Below are positions 23,261 through 35,382 of a DNA stretch of 64,000 bases, one piece after another (within the stretch, counting starts at the first letter, position 1; the number at the start of each line of letters is the position of its first letter). The notes beneath the pieces are model-generated. The model had not been told where the DNA came from, made no database searches, and worked only from the letters and a program-made list of their open reading frames with translations. A program made the translations under genes and the position numbers. Source of the stretch: Rhynchopus sp. YZ270_cl-10 (lineage: Eukaryota); NCBI GenBank assembly GCA_964035575.1, contig OZ037845.1, forward strand, positions 1,240,001 through 1,304,000, given 5' to 3'.

Positions 23261-26200
23261 TTCCCCATGGTACTCCCGTGGTTCAACCATGATTTTTTTT
23301 TTTTTTTTTTTTTTTCCTGCAGGTGAGATTTCTCACCTCACTTTTTTTTTCTTCTTTTTTTGTGAGATTTCTCACCCCAAAATCTCACCGTGGGAAACAC
23401 TGGTTTTTTTCATTTTTTTTTCTCATGTGTCCGCTTTGCTACCCCCTCATAGGTGTGGGAAATGCTGGCCCTTCCCTTCAAGTTAGCAATCACAGCGGTA
23501 TATTGTCTTGGTATTTTTTTTGGGGTTTTTTTTTAGCGTCGATCAAAAAGGATGCTGTTCCATATGAGAAAAAAACCACGTATGTACAAAAAATTCCTTT
23601 TTTTTAAGGTACACTGTCCCGAGAGGGCATTGTATTTCAACTTTTTTTTTTCTCGAATTTATATTGCTGGAAAGACGAGAACAAAAAAATCTAGAAAGTG
23701 ATTATTATTACCAGAAGGGGTCTGGGTTTTGTCTCACAAAAAAAATATGTAGAATGAGGTGGGGTATTTTGTTAGAAGATTATTTTTGTTTTTTATTTTT
23801 TTTTATCTTTCGAGATTTTGTTTTGGTGGCTCATCAAGAATTCTGCCTTTAAAAGGTTACTCTTCAGTAGTACCCACTAAGATGACTAAGCATACTTAGA
23901 TCATTTAAAACAAGCTTTTTTTCTCCACCATTATTCCCGATAAATACTCTCTGAAAGTAGAGGTTTTTTAAAAAAGGCTGCACTCTACACTATTCTCAGC
24001 ACCTTTTTTTTAATGTTGCAATAAAAAACAACACCGTTCTTAGTGAGGTGCTGTCTGTCCTCTCTTAACTCCTTTTGAGTGATGTACAGACGTTGGGGGC
24101 ATTGTCGATTCAACGATAAAACCTAGACTGCGTTGTGCATTTTTTTTACAGAGGTTTGCCCTCCTACAAAAGGTGATCATTGTTGCAAAAGAAAACCCCA
24201 TTTTTTTTGACGTCGGTGAGGCGTTTTGTACTTTCAACTTCTCTTTTATCGTTTGTACTTTGCTTTGATATATCGATTCGTGCTAAAACTGTTATTTGGA
24301 TGTGTCAGTTCTTTTCGGGGTTGTCCCAAGAATTATATCTTCCCTGAAAAAAAAGATATTTCAAAGATATGTCCAGTACTGGGTTACACATCATGTATCT
24401 AGACTCTAAAGTAGAACTGCCCTCATTTTGGGACTACAGAAAATATTAGGCTGATTGGCGTGGGCCTGGCATGCCCCATTTGTCACTGTTTACCACCGAT
24501 TTAAACCGATCACCATGGATTACCACCAAGCTCAGTGTCAATTAGCCTAAATATGTGGATTTTTTTAAAAGATTTTGTTTTTTGTTTTCACAACAGCCCT
24601 TCTTTCTGCTGTCCCGTGAAATGCTACACACAACCCTGACCCGTATGTTCCAAAGTGAAAATGAATTTAGTCTCCCTGATTCAGATTATTTATTTCAAGG
24701 TGACCTAAGCGCAGAAGAGGTCTTAGGTTCATCTTATAAACTTTTTATTTTATGTTTCAGTGCCTGCGCCCCGAGGCGTTTGTATTGCTACATCTTTAAG
24801 CTATGTGTGCATGAGAGGATGCATGCATCTTTTAACTTTTATTTTCTGTTTTTTTTATTTATTTTTATGTCTGTCAGGTCGAGATGTCATTTGCCTTCCC
24901 CCTTTTCCCGTATACCGTCTGAGTAAAATATTTTGGTCCAAAAAAGACCTCAGAATATCATCAAAAAAATCCCAAAATCCGCCTTATTTGGGCAAGTTTT
25001 TTTTTTGGACAACTGTACACCATTCCCCCCTTTTTTGGTAAAGAGTTCCCCCCCCCCTCTATTGTGCGGGGGGCGTAGGTGCTGATATTGAAAGTCATTG
25101 TGTACAGACAATTTGGCACTCAGGTTTTTTTTTTATCCCCCTTTTTGTTGAATCATTGTCAAACTATGGGGAAGGGGGGGTTAAAATGCGATCATAATGG
25201 CTACATGCCTTGAGAGGGTGTTTGTTTATTTGTAATTCTGTTCATGGCTTGTGGAGCGTCTTTCATTTTTGGACACCAGCATATATTTTTTTGCTCCTCA
25301 AAAAAAAAATCACAAAAAACAAAGATTTTTTGTTGCTGTATTCTGTTCCGTTGTTTTTATAGCGCAGCATTTCCCCTCATACTGCCAACCCCGTTTCTGA
25401 GCTGACCGATGTGATCCGCTATGCATTTATTTTTTGGTTCAAGTTCTCCTCCTGAGACGTGTTCACAGTGAGGGATGCATCTTTCACATTTTTTCTCTTT
25501 TAAGGTGACTGAGCACAGAGAGGCTTACGCTCATCTAAACTGGTGTGGCTGAATGAAAGAAGGCGCACAAAGCGCGCAGAGGGTACGCAAGAAGTGCGAA
25601 TCACCCCCCCTTCAGCCACCTCATAAACTTTTTTTTTTTTGTTAGAAGGTAGTGTTCGCTCATGTTCTTAAAATGATGTGTGTGTGTGTGTGTGTGCGTC
25701 CATTCATCATCCGGATATCTCTGTGTTACCCTCAGAGGGTCCACATGCGACTCCTTCAGGAGTGTTGTCAGCACTTTCAAGATTTTTCAAGATGAAAGCA
25801 AGCTTGATGTTCATCTAATCAACTTTTAAAATTTTTTCTTTTTTCCTTTTATTCCACACTACTGTTGATGGGGCAGGGTGCTTTGTACCTGCACCCATTG
25901 GTCTACATCATTGAATTAGGTGTCCGCACGATGACATCAAAAAACCACATCAAAAACAAAGACCCCGCTTTTGTTCACCTTGGCGTGGTGCACACCTGCA
26001 CATCATTGTGTTTGCGTTCGAAGAGGACCTTTCAACTTGACTTTTTTCTGTTGCAACATTCCATTTTTTTTGGTGAAGCTCGAGGGTCATCTTACCCCCC
26101 CCCCCCCCCCCCCCCTCCCAACCCTTCTCGATACCACTTTCCCCAGTTAGTTTCAACTCCCTTCTACAAAAAAGACTCCCAATCAATGAATAGCAAAAAC

Positions 26201-26698
26201 TGTGTTGCAATATCCTTTTTGCTCCCACAGTCTACACACCCCCACCCACCCCCACCCCCTCTTTAGATGAACTAATCACGCTCGTCTTACCATTTTTTTT
26301 TCTTTACTTTTTGCTCCGCACCCAAAAAAAAAAACGATCTCCCTTTTTCTCCTCCCACTTGATTTTCCCCCTGAGTGGCGGTATTTTGACGGCAAACTCA
26401 GGGTCAAAACCAGATCCTCCTCCCATGTCTTGGCTCTGGGATCGATGAAGACCGCAGCTAGACGCGATATTCAATGGGAATTGCAGAAGCATGAGACTCA
26501 TCAGGTCGTCGAACGCATTTGCGGGCCTCCTCTTTGCATTAACCACTCACCAACACCCCCCTGTCTACCACAGGCTTTTAGCCTAGGAGAACCTATTGGT
26601 TAACGGTACGGCCTGATGCAAGAGAAAGCCATCTCCCCTGTTTTTTTTTTCCACCTCCTAACAGAGAAACGCTAGGGTATAAAAGATAGGGATACACA

Positions 26699-27574
26699 AT
26701 GCCTCCGAAGGCAGCGCCACCTGGCCAGCAACGTCCTGTGTCTGCGAATGATTTGCAGATTACAAAGCTAGAAGGGGTGCTCGCCACCATAGCTGACTCG
26801 GAAGGGAAGTGGCGGGAGAGGCGGGACAATGCGGTGTCCGGGAGGCTGCAGAATTATACTCAGATGACGGTGATAGAAGCTTGTCTGCAGGCGTGTGGGA
26901 AGCTGGTATCAGATTTGGATCGTCTTGTAGAACGTATTGTACCTTCCCGTGCAGACTCCGAAACGAAGGATGACAAAACCAAAAAGAAGGATGGCGCAAC
27001 ACCCACCCCTTCGGCATACAAAATAGCAGATATGAATGAGGTGACCGATATTTTGCTGAAATTTTATCGATTTGATGCGGGGATTGCGTTGCGTGATGCG
27101 GCAACCCCGCAGTTGGTGACGACATTAAAACGGCTGGCGCGAGCTGCTGCGGGGGAGGTGGAGGGGGAGGTGAACACAAACAAACAGGCGGCAGCGAGAG
27201 GCCGGGCTATCGTAGCGTTGATTGATCTGTCGAGGGTGGTGTTGGACAATCCTGATGAGGCACCGCCGTCAGCTCTGCCGTGTCCAGGAGGGATTGATAG
27301 CATCGTATGGACAGAAATGCTTGACCTTCGTTCAAGACGAATGCAAGTAATGGAAGCCACCCTCTCACTCCAACGCGAACGACTTCCCCTCTCAAAGAGG
27401 CACGACAACATCGCCTCAATGTCCAGCCTCGCAGAATACGCCCTCGGTGCTGTTGCTCACAATAAATCGTTGATAGACGTGGATCTCAAAGAAAAGGAAG
27501 CAGCGCGGGCAGCAGAAAATGCTCAATGGGCGGAAAAGTTGAAAGCGCAAGGAGCTCCGGCAGGGAAAAAGTAG
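26699..27574 (+). CDS. Hypothetical helical protein (291 aa), possibly flagellar
   Basis: Intact ATG-TAG ORF, MPPK N-terminus, C-terminal coiled coil. Confidence 0.8.
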   Translation: MPPKAAPPGQQRPVSANDLQITKLEGVLATIADSEGKWRERRDNAVSGRLQNYTQMTVIEACLQACGKLVSDLDRLVERIVPSRADSETKDDKTKKKDGATPTPSAYKIADMNEVTDILLKFYRFDAGIALRDAATPQLVTTLKRLARAAAGEVEGEVNTNKQAAARGRAIVALIDLSRVVLDNPDEAPPSALPCPGGIDSIVWTEMLDLRSRRMQVMEATLSLQRERLPLSKRHDNIASMSSLAEYALGAVAHNKSLIDVDLKEKEAARAAENAQWAEKLKAQGAPAGKK

Positions 27575-27669
27575 TCTTTTTATTTTCATCCGTTATTAAA
27601 GTATTTGTGTTGTTTTGCTAAGATCGAAGGTTGGTTTTGGGTATCAACACAAAAAAGGGGTGGGGTGAG

Positions 27670-27874
27670 CACGGCGGTCGAGTCAAGGGACTATTAGTAG
27701 TGCTACTAGTCCAAATAACTAGTGTTTTGCGACGTTTTACGAGTGGTTATGGTAGCACGATTAGTCGTGCTAGTCGCACGACTAATGGGGACTAGTAGTA
27801 TCACTGGTCATATTTTACACTAGTTGTTACGTCCAGTAGCGACACCTAGTAGTCCCCCTGACTAGACCGTCGTG
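27670..27874. mobile_element. 205-bp MITE with CACG termini (CACTA/EnSpm-like)
   Basis: TIR CACGGCGGTCGAGTCAAGGGACTATTAG vs revcomp CACGACGGTCTAGTCAGGGGGACTACTAG; 2-bp flanking AG; internal ACTAGT-like repeats. Confidence 0.75.
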
Positions 27875-28159
27875 AGGGGGAGGGGAGGGGAGTGGGGGGA
27901 GTCGTATTATTTTTGTGCATGTTACAGCCCTTTTTCCAAAGGGTATGACACAAAAAAGGTTAACAGTTATACATATAAAAACAAAAGGAAGGGATCATAT
28001 TTACCCGACATTTCACTACCCTCCCCATCACCCTTCTTGTATCCAATACTTCCAGGAAATCATATAACAAGACAACATACACACGGGAGAGACACATTCA
28101 AAGGGACATGCGAAACAGCGTAGGTTCTTCACACCCCTAGCTCACTAGGCGCTGGCACG

Positions 28160-30344
28160 ATGTTCGACATATCTGACATGGCGGCGACAGACGTGATGGG
28201 CGACGTCGACACCAGTCAGAAGGATAGGGGCGGCGATGGTACCGAACGCAATGTATGTTTATCCACCTTTATTGCAGCACGACAAAAACAAAGCAAGAGG
28301 CAAGAAACCTGGAAACTTCGAAGTTCCCGTCCCTCCAAAAAGAGTTCCGTGATATTGATAGAACTCGATAGGCGATTGAGCGCTCTAACAACCAAAGTAC
28401 AAAGAAGAACTATAAGAAATGCAGGGCAAATGCAAAGAGAAAACAAAGAGATTTTTTGACAAAAGGGACAAATTCTGGACCATATTTTGAATAACACCCC
28501 CCCTTTTCCACAGATATATCAAGACTACGACTTCATTGAGGAGTTAGGCAAAGGCAGCTACGGTGTGGTGTCGAGGGCACGCAGAAAGGTCGACAACGAG
28601 ATGCTTGCCGTCAAACACATCGACAAACGCGCTGCAGGGGCGAAGGTATTAAGACTCTCTCCTCCCCTCCCCTCCCCCCCCACTTTTTTCCAGCGTTTTC
28701 AGCGACATAGTGCCTGGAAAATACCGTGAAATTTCTGCTTCAATTTTTTCCCCCCCCATCCTGCTCCCACCCCACCCCCACACACAGGGATTGAGAGAAG
28801 TATTTTCTGAGGTCGAAATCCTATCTCTACTACGACACCCATCGATAGTACGTTTGGAGGAGATTTACGAAGACTCAAGCAATCTGTGGTTAGTAATGGA
28901 CCTCATAGAAGGGGGCGAATTGGAACAGGAGCTACGAAAACAGGGGCGATTTAAGGAGGAAGTGGCACGCAAGATTATTCGCCACATCTTACTAGCTTTA
29001 GAATATATCCATGAGAAGGGCATTGTACACCGAGACTTAAAGCTTGCGAATATGCTAATGAGCGGACGGTTCGAAGAAGGGGGGAACTGTGAGGTAAAGC
29101 TTGCAGACTTTGGGTTTTCTTGTGTTGTCTCAAATGAGAGTACGCTTACCTCATTTTGCGGAACCACCGTATTTATGGCACCAGAAATCCTTCAGGACCA
29201 TCCATACGGAAAACCGGTCGATATGTGGGCCGTAGGGGTTATTACATTTCTTCTTCTTTTTGGGTGTCTGCCGTTCTCTTCGTCGAACGAAGGGGATTTG
29301 CTGCGTCTCATATGTGAAGCAGAGTTTTCCTTCAAAGACGACTCAACGTCAAAGGAATGTCGCGACTTTATCTCAAAGCTTTTGGTCACAGATGTTCTAC
29401 ATCGGTTAACCGCTACAGAAGCATTACACCACTCTTGGGTTAAAGGTATCGACACCGCAGGGGGTTATATGGACTACGAAGAAGCAAGCTCAGAAGCGGA
29501 GGAGGATATCGACGCAGGGAGTCTCGCTGCAGCGCGGAAAAATAAGGCGAAAAAACGGATACGTAAAGTGTATTGGGTGATCATCGCAGCGCATCGTATG
29601 ATATACACCCGTCGTTTATCAAGGCTTGAACAAGAGACTAGTATACCTGCGTTAATCGATTTTCAATATCTTGTTTCAGGAAAGTTTGAAAAGCATGCTG
29701 CGTTAAGCATAGCAGGGGTTCCCATATGCTCGCAAGCGGTTGGAAGAATATGTGAAATTCTTGAGTCAAGTAAACGGCTTGAATCGCTGACAATGAGCTG
29801 TGTGTCGCTTTCGTATGATGCCCTGCAGATGGTAGTAAAGTCTGTGGCAGCTTCCCGCATCACTTCACTGGATTTATCAGGGAATCCTATTAGCAGTGCT
29901 GGGGCTAGAGCGCTGCTACGTTTGGCTAGGGGAAGCAGGTTGCGGCATCTCAATCTTAAGAATACAGGGATATCTCAAGACATCATGGGGCAAGTGGACG
30001 GAGCGCTAAAGGATGCAAAAGGCAAGCGTGGGGGGACAACCGACAGAGCGGAACGCAGTGAGCGCACCCCAGTCTCAGGGGTGTCCTCACGCTCTTCGGG
30101 AACAGCAAGGGGTTCGGGGCAAATGAAGAACTCAAATCTAAACTCTCGTGGACCACAGTCCTCCAGTCTTCCTGCCCTTCCAAAGCTGGGTGCGCCAGGA
30201 ACGTACGGTGCAGGGGCAGGGGGTGGGAGTGTGGGGACAGGAATGGGTGGGGCAGGACCAAGCAGACGCTGCACCCCAACAGCGAATACAGGGAGGCAAA
30301 ACGCACCTACACCACGAAAAGGCAACCTCGAAGCGATACGATAA
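28160..30344 (+). CDS. CaMK-group Ser/Thr kinase with C-terminal RNI-like LRRs; exons 28160-28252, 28514-28645, 28788-30344
   Basis: GKGSYG, AVK, HRDLKLAN, DFG, CGT..FMAPE, DMWAVG motifs; ITSLDLSGN / LRHLNLKNT repeats; phase-0 introns. Confidence 0.92.
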
Positions 30345-31423
30345 AAAAATGACCCCCCCTTTTGTTTGCCATTTTCATAGAATGCAACGATGCCGACTAC
30401 GCCTGAAAATAGTCTAGAAAATCTCTCTGAGGCGGTACCTGAGGCTACTAATACTTACAATCACGCCTCAACCACGCCTTATTACGTCATTGCATTGCAT
30501 TTTACACACCTTTTTTATCAAGCGGAGTCTCAGAGGGTTCATTCGTACCACCTTTTTCTCTTTTAACTATTCCCCCTTTTTTTCGTACAAATGGCGATCG
30601 ATATCACCCAACCCAAGTGTAGGTTCAGTTCAGCATGCGCGGCTTGGGCTCATCTGACCACTCTTTTTTAATCAACCTGCAATCTCTGTTCCCTGGCCAC
30701 CTGTCGGGCCCTAACGGCTCGATAGGTAGGCTCCCCAAAGGGCGCTGGGGCCAAGGGACTTAAGCCGCCCTAACGACGACTGTGCCTCCTCTATCCATTG
30801 TCTTTTCAACCGTCCATTGAGCGTGCTTTTTGTACAACTACCTGATTTTTTTTTGTGTGCTTTCTAGTCTTTGATTGGAAAGTATACGATTTTGTTTTGG
30901 TTTTCTTCCGCAGTATTTTACGCTTGCTTTTAAAAGAACCCACCCCTTTCCTTTGGCAGGAGATGGGGAGAGGGATCAAAAAAGTAAGAAATTTTGAATC
31001 AATCTGATGGTAAAAAAAAAATGTGCCTCACGTACACATTGACAAAAAGAGTAGGAGGGGAGTTTATTTTTTATATATTTTTGCGATTGTCGAAACAAAA
31101 AGAGGCAAAAAAAATACATCTGTTCTTCAATTTTACTTAAGGTACACTCGGGTACCGCTACCCTTTTTTTTTGTTCTTCTTCATCCTCTCAAGCATCTAC
31201 CCCCCCCATGCGACTGTTCTTCCGAGCAGTCTTACAGAGGGAACGAGATGACTCTCAACATATTTTTCCCCTTTCCCACCCCTCTTTGATTCGTTATTCC
31301 AGACAGCACGAAATACAAAAACGTTCCCATTTCTTTCCCTCTTTCCACCCCACACATCCCTTTTACCCCCCCTTCTCTCTCCCCTCATCTCCAAACCTAG
31401 CCCCCTCCCCCTTCCCCTACACA

Positions 31424-33654
31424 ATGGTGTTATTTGATATAACAAGAGATTCACTACCACGCGATGTGGATGCTTCTGGGAGGCACATGGACAGATATAA
31501 GGATATGACTGGTGTGAATGTGTATACAGATGTCAACTGGGAGGACGTTTCGAAGGGGGCTATGAAGTGTGCACGGGTAGACGAAGTCATTGCAAAGGAG
31601 ATGACACGCACTGGGAAGAAAGCGAAGAAGGTGCTTCGAGCGAAGGCAAAGCTGATGTGCGAGGATCTTACCAAAGGGGTGTGGACCTCCACGGTAGGCA
31701 TGTGCACGGCCATGGGGGAGCTACTAGGACCACAGATTTATTCCGGCATCTTCATTGAAGCGGAAGAGTACGAATACCTCCACGAAACTGCGCTGCAGGC
31801 ACAACGCGATGGGGTGTCGCTCATCTTCCTGCCTTCGCATAAATCGCACATCGACTACATGGCGATACACTATATGTTGTACAGAATCGGCATTTCCCTG
31901 CCATGTGTCGCTGCAGGGGATAATCTGAACCTTCCGGTCATTGGGGAAATTCTGAAACGTTCCGGTGCCTATTTCATCCGCCGTTCCTTTTCTGGAAGCG
32001 ACGGCGAGCTGTACAGTGCGGTGGTCTACGGATTCATGGAGGAGCTTCTGAAGCGGGGCGTCAACCTGGAGTTCTTCCCTGAAGGTGGGCGTTCGCGGAC
32101 CGGAAAGCTGTTGCAGCCGAAGGTAGGTTTGGTTGGTAATGTCATGTCCAGTGTTCTTGACGGTGTTGTGAAGGATGCCATAATTATTCCAGTTTCTGTA
32201 CAGTACGACCGACTCATGGAGGGAGAGGAATACGCACGGGAGCTGATGGGGGCGAAGAAGCAGAAGGAAACGGTCTCGGGGATATTTGAGCAGCTGAAGT
32301 CGATGTTGACACTGTCGTCCCCTATGGGTGGTGTTCATGTACGCATTGCGAAGGGGTTTTCTATTAAGGATTATATCACGAAGTATAACGCAAAGAAGCA
32401 GCAGGTGGGGTCGCCGTTGGACATTATGCAGCGTATTTCGTTGTTTAAGTCTGCGGCGTATAAGGTGATGGATGATATTAACAATATCTCGACGGTGACG
32501 CCGACGTCTGTTGTTGCTACCGTGTTGCTGACGACACGTGGTCGTGGTGTGGGGCGGGAGGAGCTTATCCACAAATCCGAATGGCTCAAAAAGGAGATTG
32601 AAGCGAACGGTGGGCACGTCTGCTGGCCTGCGTCGCTGTCGACAATGGATGTGATTGACAACTCGCTCAACGTCCTCCGCGATCTCATCTCCTCCAACCA
32701 ATACCTCGAGCCCATCTACTCCGTGGCCAACCACCTTGAGCTCTCCTTCTACAGAAACACTACTGTGCACGTCTTCGTTGAAAAGGCCATCCTTGCCGCA
32801 GCGCTGCACTCCTTCATGCGTCATGAGCTCGACAGAAGGTTCGTAACACGCAAAGAGCTCATCGAACGCACCGGGATCCTCTCAAACCTCCTCAAAACAG
32901 AGTTCGTCTTCTCAGGCAAGTCTGACAAAGTTAAAGAATCATTCGGAGGGAAAAAGGACAGCAAATCCCGCGTCGCTGCAGTTTCAGGCGAAACAGCATT
33001 AGAAATGAACTTCAGACTCGCAACAGAAGCCATGCTGGACAGTGGTACAATCACCGTGGACCCTGAAGACCCAGACAAAATTCTGCTCCAAAGCACGGAC
33101 CCCGAGTTGTGGAGTCCTGAGTTCACCTTTTTGTGCATGCTTGTGTGGCCGTTTATTGAGTCCTACTGGCTTGCCCTGGCAGGTATTGTGGGGGTGTTCT
33201 GCAACCGTTCCGAGAAGAATGTGCGGAAGCAGCGTGTGCTTGCCGAGCAGCTCATTCAAGAAGAGACCTTTGTGACGCAGCTGCAGGCGTTCGGGTTGAC
33301 GCTCTTCCATCTGGGCAACCTCAACTTTTATGAATCGATTTCGAAGGAATCTCTCAGGTATTTTTGCATTTTCAACTTCTCTCTTTTACTTTTTTTAATC
33401 TTCACTTCAACAGACACGCACTCACAACATACACCGAGCTTGGAGCGATCCAAAAGCGTGTTGTCGAGGATATGACAAAGACGTCCATTCGCTACCTCGA
33501 GCTCGGTAGTGAAATGCGCGCCGACGTTCAGAAGCTTTACGACCTGGAGCAGCAGATCAGTGTCTTCAGACGCCAAGGGAAGTTCCAGAAAGCGCTGAGC
33601 ACGTACCCAGATCATTTGGCAGCCATTGCCTTTTCGAACACAGCGCGGTTGTGA
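31424..33654 (+). CDS. PlsB-family glycerol-3-phosphate / dihydroxyacetone-phosphate acyltransferase; exons 31424-33357, 33414-33654
   Basis: Acyltransferase blocks FLPSHKSHIDY, GAYFIRR, FFPEGGRSRTGK, IIPVSVQY; the spliced C-terminus ends in ARL, a PTS1-type tripeptide favouring peroxisomal DHAPAT. Confidence 0.92.
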
Positions 33655-34473
33655 TGCTCTCCCTTCTCCCTCTCTCTCTCCCCCTTTTGTTTTCAACATT
33701 TTCTGTTCCGAACACTCCCTCTCAACCTTCACACCCAGTAGCGTAACTTTGTTCCATTGGGTGCAAGCGGCCTTTTTGTTATTTTGGGGTTTTTTATGGG
33801 GTGGGCAAAGGGAGGTAAAAGGGGGTGGGTAAGCAGGGGGGAGGGGGGGAAAACACGACTATTGTGTGTTTTTTTTTTTTCCTTCTCGAAAAAACAGATG
33901 ATTTTTTTTTTGTACCAACTGAGGTGAATTCATCTGTTCAGTTGTTCTTCGTTTCTATCTTAGGTCAGGTGTAGTGTTTTATGCTATTCGGGGTCTAAGC
34001 ACCTCGTCTTCATAATGTACTTCTATTTTATGTGAGCATGTTATTTTTTGAAAATTTACAAGAAAAAATAAAAAAGCAAAAAAAGTGCTGAGGAAACCAA
34101 GACTCCGCTTCAGCTGCTTTACGCGGCGACTCAGGGGGAAGCAAACAATTCTTAAGATATCAACACAAAAACAGGAATTCTTTCTCCATCTTCAAAGAGC
34201 GTGCTTTTTATGAAAACAAGAATGTGTGCCTGAGGGGCCCATTTTCATCTTTCTAGTTTCCCCCCCAAATAATTTTGTAAAGTGGTTTAGCGACGCTTAC
34301 AACTTACATTTTTTTTTGTGCTTCATCCTAATGGCTGGCATCGTACAAGTGGATCAGTCGGAGGTATGCCTGCATCAATAACCACAGTTTTTGTTTTGTT
34401 TAGATGCATTTTTGTCCCAAGGAGGCCCAAAATCATCATTCAATTTTTCCCCCTCTCCTCTTTTCATGTGTGG

Positions 34474-34598
34474 CCCACCTGATTTTTACCCCGCGTATAG
34501 GCGCGTTAGGACCGTACTGGCCACGTACAGGCGCGTGAGTCCTATACGGCCCTGTGCGGTCCTATACGCGCCTATACGCGGGGTAAAAATTAGGTGGG
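34474..34598. mobile_element. 125-bp fold-back MITE
   Basis: ~40-bp arms CCCACCTGATTTTTACCCCGCGTATAGGCGCG.. / ..CGCGCCTATACGCGGGGTAAAAATTAGGTGGG; flanking TGG; related copy at 53984-54093. Confidence 0.8.
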
Positions 34599-35382
34599 TG
34601 GAGCATGGTAGGACGCCTTCATCTTCCAAGCTTTCCCCCCCGCCCCTTTTTTTTCGATAGTGTCAGTGCTCTGCGTCCCAGAGGCGTTTGCACTATCAAC
34701 TTCACTTTGATAAAGATTGTAGTTAAGGTGACTAAGCATGAGAGGCGTACTTAGGTTTCAATCTTACTAAAAAATTTTTTTGGCAAGGCTTTTTTTTTTG
34801 TGTTACAACACTTTTCCCCTAGTATTTTGGGGTGATATTTCGCACGACAATATCCTCTTTCTCTCTCTTTTGCCCCGATGTTAAGCTAATTTCTCTCTCT
34901 TCTCTTCATCTTTTCGGAAATAGATTTTGTGTGGAAAGAAAAAACCCTCCCATTTCCCCTTGATTCCATCTTGTTGTATCACCCCTATTTCCACCCCCCA
35001 CTATGACGAACGCTGTCATCGTTTGTCATCACGAACACTTTTCTGCCGTTCCGTGGGATGATAGCAACTTGCAATGCCATCCAGTTGTACGCAAACAACT
35101 TGGACACAATGACCCCCACGGTAGACACCTAAGATTTTGGTCTTTGCGCGATGACTCGCGCTTCCCTCAACGCGTTGAAGCTCCCCACAGGACATCCCAC
35201 CTCCCACCTAACTAACACCAATTCCCAGAACACACAAAAAAAAACCCCCTCATGATTCCCTCCCAACAACTGAACTAAGCCGGGGAGGTTTTCTGTACCT
35301 TTTTTAAAAAAAAACCCCTTTTTAATATCATCTTCATCCACAAGAAGAGCACACAGCCAATAGGTTCATTGCGTCTTTTGAG

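Noticed and set aside
30691..30790. Pistol ribozyme on the minus strand (GTTAGGGC...CAGGT-GGCC resemblance)
   Set aside because: The conserved GCG after the pseudoknot is absent and the stem would carry two A-C mismatches on that strand.
31724..32824. 366-aa minus-strand ORF and similar antisense ORFs over the oxoprolinase and GxGYxYP genes
   Set aside because: Shadows of codon-biased + strand genes; no motifs.
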